This document shows, one piece after another, positions 35,413 through 41,373 of a DNA stretch of 41,373 nucleotides; positions within the stretch are counted from its first letter, which is position 1, and the number at the start of each line of letters is the position of its first letter. The notes beneath the pieces were generated by a model. That model saw nothing but the letters and a program-made list of their open reading frames with translations, was not told where the DNA came from and ran no database searches. The DNA is from Thelocarpon superellum (Eukaryota), in NCBI GenBank assembly GCA_026025795.1, contig JAPEUG010000121.1:1-41373 (forward strand). The letters are read 5' to 3'. Made by a program: the position numbers and the translations under genes.

Positions 35413-36446
35413 ATGACGGACGATGACGCTGAGCTGCCCGCCGGTCTCTTTGACGAGCCCGACGGCTACTTTCCGCCGGCAAAGCCCCACACCGTGGCCT
35501 CGTACAGGCTGCTGTCTGGCGAGGTGTTGAGCCTCCGTCTGGTGGGCCATAATCCATTGTGGGTAAGGCCCCATGGCGCGGATCTCTCCCGTGAGGTGGA
35601 TGGAGCACGACTGAGCTCACACCAAGGGTCATTTGCTCTGGAATGCCGGCCAGGTGATGGCCGAGTATCTTGAGCGACGGGCCGAAGCGCTCGTTCACGG
35701 CCGAGACGTCCTGGAACTCGGAGCCGGGGCAGGACTCCCTGGTCTCGTCTGCAGCCTGCATTCGGCCGCACATGTAGGATGCATCGGAGGGCCACGTTGT
35801 GGTGACATGCGCACGGCCCGCTGAATGTCATCCAAGGTTGTCGTCACCGACTATCCCGATGCAGATCTTATCGACAATCTCAGGTACAATATCGATCAGA
35901 TCCAGCACGGTCGGGAGATATCCCATATGCATGCAGAGGTTTGTCGATCTTTCTCCGCGTAACCCGGATCCTAATGGCGGCAGGGATATCTGTGGGGCTC
36001 GGACACCCAGGCAGTGTCAAGCCATCTAGGCCGATCAGATGCTACATTTGATCTACTGATCCTTGCCGATCTCCTCTTCAATCACTCCGAGCATGCGGAG
36101 CTTGTCGCGACCATCTCCAAGACCCTCAAACGGTCTCGTGATGCACAAGCTTTGGTCTTCTTCACCCCGTATCGGCCCTGGCTACTGGAAAAGGACCTGG
36201 CCTTCTTCCCCTTGGCCGAAGCCGCTGACTTCCACGTGGAAAAACGATTCGAGAAGGTCATGGATCATGTCATGTTCGAGCACGATCCAGGGGTCAGTTC
36301 TGTCTTGGCGTCGAAGTGGCTCAAGCTGGGCGGTGGACTGATGCCGTGGTGAATCGTAGGAAGAGCTTCTGCGACGGACCGTGTTTGGATATGAGCTGCG
36401 GTGGAATGACGACGCTCTTACAGGCGCAACCGACGGCGCAACATAA
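35413..36446 (+). CDS. EFM7: Seven-beta-strand protein N-terminal/lysine methyltransferase Efm7 (Nnt1)
   Basis: Exons 35413-35562, 35627-35773, 35837-35938, 35984-36292, 36360-36446. Motifs LRLVGHNPLWGHLLWNAG, VLELGAGAGLP (motif I), VVTDYPD, GYLWG, LILADLLFNHSEH and FFTPYRPWL. Confidence 0.92.
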
Positions 36447-36696
36447 GCGGTCCATCCAATATGCAATTGTTCGATAGATAGCATGCACATATGCACGAGG
36501 AGGGCGGAAGAGTATCTTGCTTCCACGTAGGAGTTGCAATGGGCCAAGGCTGCGGACGGGGGTGAGGAAGCACGGGAAAACATACGTTGGTGTGCCTGGC
36601 GCTACTGCAGGTCGCTCCCGCTTGCACTCTCAATCTCTCGGGGTCCAGCTTCGACATCTCGATCAACCTGACGCGCCCATCTCTGCGTCATGGATC

Positions 36697-37736
36697 ATGA
36701 ACATGCCTGCCGATGACACGTCTCACCGTCACCAGGGTGAAGCTGGTCATAATGGGAGCTTTCGTGACTTCTTCGCCATTCCTGGCCCAGTGAAACGACT
36801 CTTCGATCAGTTTCCGCTACTTCACTATCCAGCCAATACTCTGCCGGCGAGGTCCGCACCCCGCGGACCACGATCGACCTTGTATATCTTTACGACCGAT
36901 GAGCGGGCCTTCCAGCAGCGGCCCTCCTTTAACCCACAATGTCTCAAGTGGCAGGTCGGTCTTGATGAAGTGCCACCTCGCAGCTGATGCAGTATTGACC
37001 CATCCACCAGACCTTTTTGAAGTTTAGCGGAGTCGACTTTGACACTGCCCGATCGAACAACCATGCCTCGCCGACCGGTGCTTTACCTTTCATTCTCCTC
37101 CCTCCTGTCGATGCGTCGACCTTGACCTCCCGCCTCCCAGTCCCCGCCAACAAGCTCCATCAGTGGGCCGAACAACATGGGCGTCCGATCCCGGACGTGC
37201 AGGACCTGAGGAGCGAGGCGTATCAGTCCCTCGTTGACTTCCGGATTATGAACGCATGGGTACGGCCTCCGTTGTCCAGCATCCATGACCAGCGTGGCTG
37301 ACCTCGTCCCTTCCAGCTCTATGCACTCTACCTCGAGCCAGCAAACGCGGACATAGCCCGCCGGCTATACATCGACCCTTGCTCTACAAACCCTCTTGTC
37401 CGTTTAACGATCGCCCACCAGCTACGGAGCGCGGCGCAAGACGAGCTCCACCGGGCTTCTCCCATCATCAACGTCATCGACACTTACCGAGAGGCCCAGA
37501 AGGCCTTTGACGCGCTCGACACACTACTCGGCGACCATTCCTGGTTCTTCGGCGAGAAAGAGCCGGGCTTGTTTGACGCGAGTGTCTTTTCGTATACCCA
37601 CCTCCTCCTCAGTGACGTTATGGGATGGATCGATCAACGCTTGGTAGACGTTGTGCGAGGGAGACCAAATCTCGCGCGGCATCACGAGCGTATCTTGGCC
37701 GAGTTCTATGGCGTGAGGCCTGGCCAAGATCGATGA
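36697..37736 (+). CDS. SAM35: Mitochondrial SAM complex subunit Sam35 / metaxin-like (GST-like fold)
   Basis: Exons 36697 (or 36703)-36954, 37011-37259, 37317-37736. Motifs PGPVKRLFDQFPL, PSFNPQCLKWQTFLKF, SNNHASPTGALPF and WFFGEKEPGLFDASVFSYTHL. Confidence 0.88.
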
Positions 37737-37959
37737 GTTTGTCGATGGTGGATCATCCCGTGTAGATGCGGCCCTACTTGTAACCTCTTCTCCTCATTTG
37801 GCATCGATCCATCTCTCCGGATGTACGTCGGCGAGATCATGAGACGACGGCTCGCTATGCTATCTATCTATCGGAAGTTAAGCTCCGGCACAGACGCCAT
37901 GCATCGCCGACACCGCTATGCAACGACCGCACAGACGCGCGCGCACCCCCGGGCACAGC

Positions 37960-38995
37960 CTAACACACGGTTCCCCCAAACGGAGCGCTCTCTCTCAGAT
38001 CCGCCACCAGATCCTCCACATTGCTCAGATATTTCCCGAGCAAGGCCTGCTTTTCCTCTGTCGTCCTTGTATCCTTGCGGCTCCTCCCGCTCTCCCCAGC
38101 GCCGTTTCCGTTCCGGCTAAACGCCCCCAGCAGTTTACTTGGCGTGCGCGCCAGGCCCGCCGCGCTTCCGCCGGGGATTTCGGGCATGAGGTAGAAATAG
38201 AGGAACTCGATCAGCTTCAGCTTCACCTCGCGGCTGGTCGAGCGTTGCTTAAACAGCGAGGTTACCGTCAGCAATCCGTCCAGGGTCTCGAAGGATCGCG
38301 TGTTCCGCGGCTGGTCGAGCAGGGCGCACACGAGGGTGAGCAGGGTTGAACATTGGATAGCCGGGCAGTTGGATGGCTCGAGGAGATCGAGCAGGAGCTG
38401 GGGACGGTCAATGTCAGTGTCGGGAGAGCTAGTGGCGATGGGGGTTGCCTCACGTTCATGTAGATCTCTCGCGAAAACAGCGCTCGTGATGGAGGATGCA
38501 GGAGGAGGGTGCCCTGGATCAGATCAAGGGTGGAGAGGATAAGGAGATCATTTTGTCCCGCTGGTCGTCGCAAGAGTCAGCAAGAAAGTGATGGCGTCCT
38601 GGAAGAAATGAAATTTGAGGCCACTCACTGCTTCCTTTTCCCAGCAGACGGTCCAAGCAGGTGATGAGTCGGATGGGAACTGTACTTGAAGTGAGCTGGA
38701 GTTCAAGGGCTTCGCATTCAGCATGCCAAGGATATGTACCATTCCACTCGAAGCCCTGCTGCAGTTTGAAGAATTCCCGAAAGGCCGGATCGGTCTTCAA
38801 CGAGGCCAGTTCCTTTGGACTTGAGGGTTGGGTCTGGGGTGGGGCGGCCGACCGCCGCTTCTCGATTGAGGATGACTTGTTCTTGGACAGGCAGATCTGG
38901 GCCACTAATCCCTCCACTTGGCGAAGCCCTTTGCGGATCTTGCCGCCGTCATTGGAGGAGAGGTTGTCGAAGGCGAGCGACAAGAGCGCCTCCAT
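37960..38995 (-). CDS. cdc14: Cell division control protein 14, SIN component (S. pombe Cdc14 type, not the phosphatase)
   Basis: Exons 38995-38740, 38679-38629, 38560-38454, 38397-37960. Motifs KIRKGLRQVEGL, DPAFREFFKLQQGFEWN, LDLIQGTLLLHPPSR, NTRSFETLDGL and LKLIEFLYFYLMPE. Confidence 0.9.
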
Positions 38996-39758
38996 CAGAC
39001 CGACGATGTTGGGGTCACCTTTGGTGAGACCGACTCTCCAGGTTTATCAAGAGATGAAGGAAAGAACTATTCCCAGGTGACACTTGCGCTCATAGTGATG
39101 ATTGAAGTTGGACTAAAGTGTGACCGCCAGGATGCGGTCTGGCCCGGGATGGTGCGCGGCCGGTAAACACAATGCCTTGTTGGCCCAGCGATTGGCCTGC
39201 AGGCGGTGTCGGGTGGCAGAATGGAGCTGGCCAGCCGGACGCTAATCCCAACACAGCCGAATCGCGGAGTTGGTCGTCGGTCGTTGGTCTTCCGTCATCC
39301 GCTGCTGGTGCTGGTGCCGACCGTCACTAACACCACCACAACCTTGTCCCACTCCATGCCAAGTTGTCCCGCCCGTCTCGGACTTCTGGTACTCCGCGTG
39401 GATGCACACGACTCCCCCAGTCCCAGTCGTTTCATGGCGTGAGAGCCCCAACCGAGCAGCGAATGTCTTTGCCACCTCGTGAATCTCGTGAACCTGTCGA
39501 ACTTTGTGACCTCATGTGCTCTGAAGCACTCCTGGACCCATCAGAGCTATCCAAGTTCGTCAGCTTAGCTCCATCTAGTCGTATGTGCTGAAGGGGCTTG
39601 GGTACAGTCGTATGTCCTGCAACATGACCTAGTCGATACGCCGCACCACACAGCACCCGACGTGGCTGTGAGCGAGCGACGGAGCGTCGTTGCCTGATCC
39701 GCGTCTTCAAGTGACGCGACCGATCCGATTCGAGAGCTTCCGAGTCATCACCACAGCC

Positions 39759-41050
39759 ATGCCACCCGAACCCTCTCGCGCACCGAGTGCCATCCCCCCT
39801 CGCACGAGCTCGGCCGGAACGGGCGCGACACAATCACCCAAGGCCCCGTCCAAGTCCCAGATCGAAGCCGATGGCGTCCCGCTCAAGAAAAAATCACGGG
39901 TGCACTCGATGAGCTTTGGCGGGGCTCGCCCGGATCTCGGCGGAGACGTGGCCGACGATCAATTGCGCCAGAAGAGCTCGACGTGGAGCTCTGAAAAGGA
40001 GAAGGTGTGCTCCAACGCCACCTACTGCCTCACATGGCCACAACCTCACACTGTCCAGATTCTCTTCGGACCCTTTGACTATCTCTTCGCGCATCCGGGC
40101 AAAGACATTCGTAGCCAGCTGATCACGGCGTTCAACAAGTGGCTGAAAGTACCACGGGAAAGTCTCGACATCATCACGAAGGTGGTGGGGATGCTACATA
40201 CGGCGTCATTACTGTAACTCTGCCCCAGCCAGCCAGGTCAGACTTAGCTTGAGGAGGCCGGCGCTGACGGTGTGATGGATTAGGATCGACGACGTTGAAG
40301 ATTCCTCCTACCTCCGACGAGGCATTCCCGTGGCTCACAGCATCTTTGGCACGGCACAGACGCTGAACTCGTCCAACTACGTCTATTTCGTGGCGTTGCG
40401 GGAGTTGCAGAAGCTGAACAACCCTCAGGCCATCACCATCTACACGGAGGAGATGCTGAATCTTCATCGTGGACAAGGCATGGATCTGTTCTGGCGCGAC
40501 ACCCTAACCTGTCCCACCGAGGACGACTACCTCGAGATGGTGGGCAACAAGACGGGCGGGCTGTTCCGACTCGCGGTCAAGCTGATGCAAGTCGAGAGCC
40601 AGAGCGACAAGTCAGTCCCACTTCTACTTCCGTCCTCCTCTTGCCACCTCGCTCACCCGTCACAGAGACTGCGTACCCCTCGTGAACGTGATCGGACTCC
40701 TCTTCCAGATCCGCGACGACTACATGAATCTCTCTAGCACGCAATACACGCAGAATAAAGGACTGTGCGAGGACCTAACAGAGGGCAAATTCTCCTTTCC
40801 CGTGATCCACAGCATCCGGAGCAACCCGGCGAATCTGCAACTGATCAACATCCTAAAGCAGCGCAGCAACGACGACGAAGTCAAGCGCTACGCCGTTTCC
40901 TACATGGAGGGCACGGGCAGTTTCGAGTACTGTCGCAAGGTGGTCCGGACCCTGATGGGACGAGCGAAGCATCTGGTCCATCTCATGGACGGTGATCGTG
41001 GCGAGGGCGTGGGTGTCTTGGCATTCTTGGATAAAATGTCCATGGAATGA
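39759..41050 (+). CDS. BTS1: Geranylgeranyl pyrophosphate synthase (al-3/BTS1 type)
   Basis: Exons 39759-40004, 40059-40213, 40284-40610, 40666-41050. Motifs [26 protein letters not shown] (FARM), [22 protein letters not shown] (SARM) and [12 protein letters not shown]. Confidence 0.95.
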
Positions 41051-41070
41051 AAGGTGCGCCGTGACGGATA

Positions 41071-41146
41071 AGAGGGAGAGGGAGAGGAAGAGGGAGAGCA
41101 AGAGCAACGACTGCGCAAGCAGGGAGGGGGAGGGGGAGGGGGAGGG
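41071..41146 (+). repeat. Purine-rich low-complexity tract including (AGGGGG)n in the GGPPS 3' region
   Basis: agagggagagggagaggaagagggagag followed by agggagggggagggggagggggaggg. Confidence 0.75.
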
Positions 41147-41373
41147 TAGCTTATAAGCGACTACCCGCTCACAATGTGTTCCATGTCCGCAAGTTATATC
41201 CATCAAGTGACCTGGTCAATGTAGTACATGTCCAACTCCATCTCTATCTCGATGCCCATGGTACAGAACTTGGATAAAGCTCAAGTTACTGGAACTGGAA
41301 AGGTAGGAATCGGCGGAATCAAATAAGAGCAGAACAGAGTTAAATACACTACACTGGTTATCAAGTCGACAAA

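Noticed and set aside
17407..36446. NAD-metabolism pairing of IDO with 'nicotinamide N-methyltransferase' NNT1
   Set aside because: Nnt1 is established as the eEF1A protein methyltransferase Efm7; the old name is misleading.
17407..41050. IDO plus GGPP synthase as an indole-diterpene or terpene biosynthetic cluster
   Set aside because: There is no prenyltransferase, cyclase, P450, FAD monooxygenase or transporter in the window. The GGPPS looks like the housekeeping type and the genes between are unrelated. Sequence beyond 41373 is unseen.

Overview
This is eukaryotic DNA, most likely from a filamentous ascomycete (Pezizomycotina): GC-rich, with short GT-AG introns carrying CTRAC/CTAAC branch sites. 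I can reconstruct 17 protein-coding genes by hand, mostly spliced. In order: a 5'-truncated ERG26-like 3-beta-HSD, SHR3, the pH-signalling arrestin palF/RIM8, an uncharacterised Ser/Pro-rich protein, a GPI-anchored wall protein with APG repeats, a six-exon DsbA/FrnE-like thioredoxin (missed as a unit by the ORF track), indoleamine 2,3-dioxygenase, a CsbD/LEA-like stress protein, VPS23, NFS1, RVS167, an F-box protein, a small uncharacterised protein, EFM7/NNT1, SAM35, the SIN-component Cdc14 and a GGPP synthase. I see no transposons, tRNA, rRNA, CRISPR arrays or secondary-metabolite cluster. The best hidden element is a box C/D snoRNA inside the unusually long second intron of NFS1 (about 24392-24511, minus strand). 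Its D' guide has 13 nt of perfect complementarity to the 5' end of 18S rRNA (predicted Cm49), and its second guide has no assigned target. All family assignments come from recalled motifs, not database searches.
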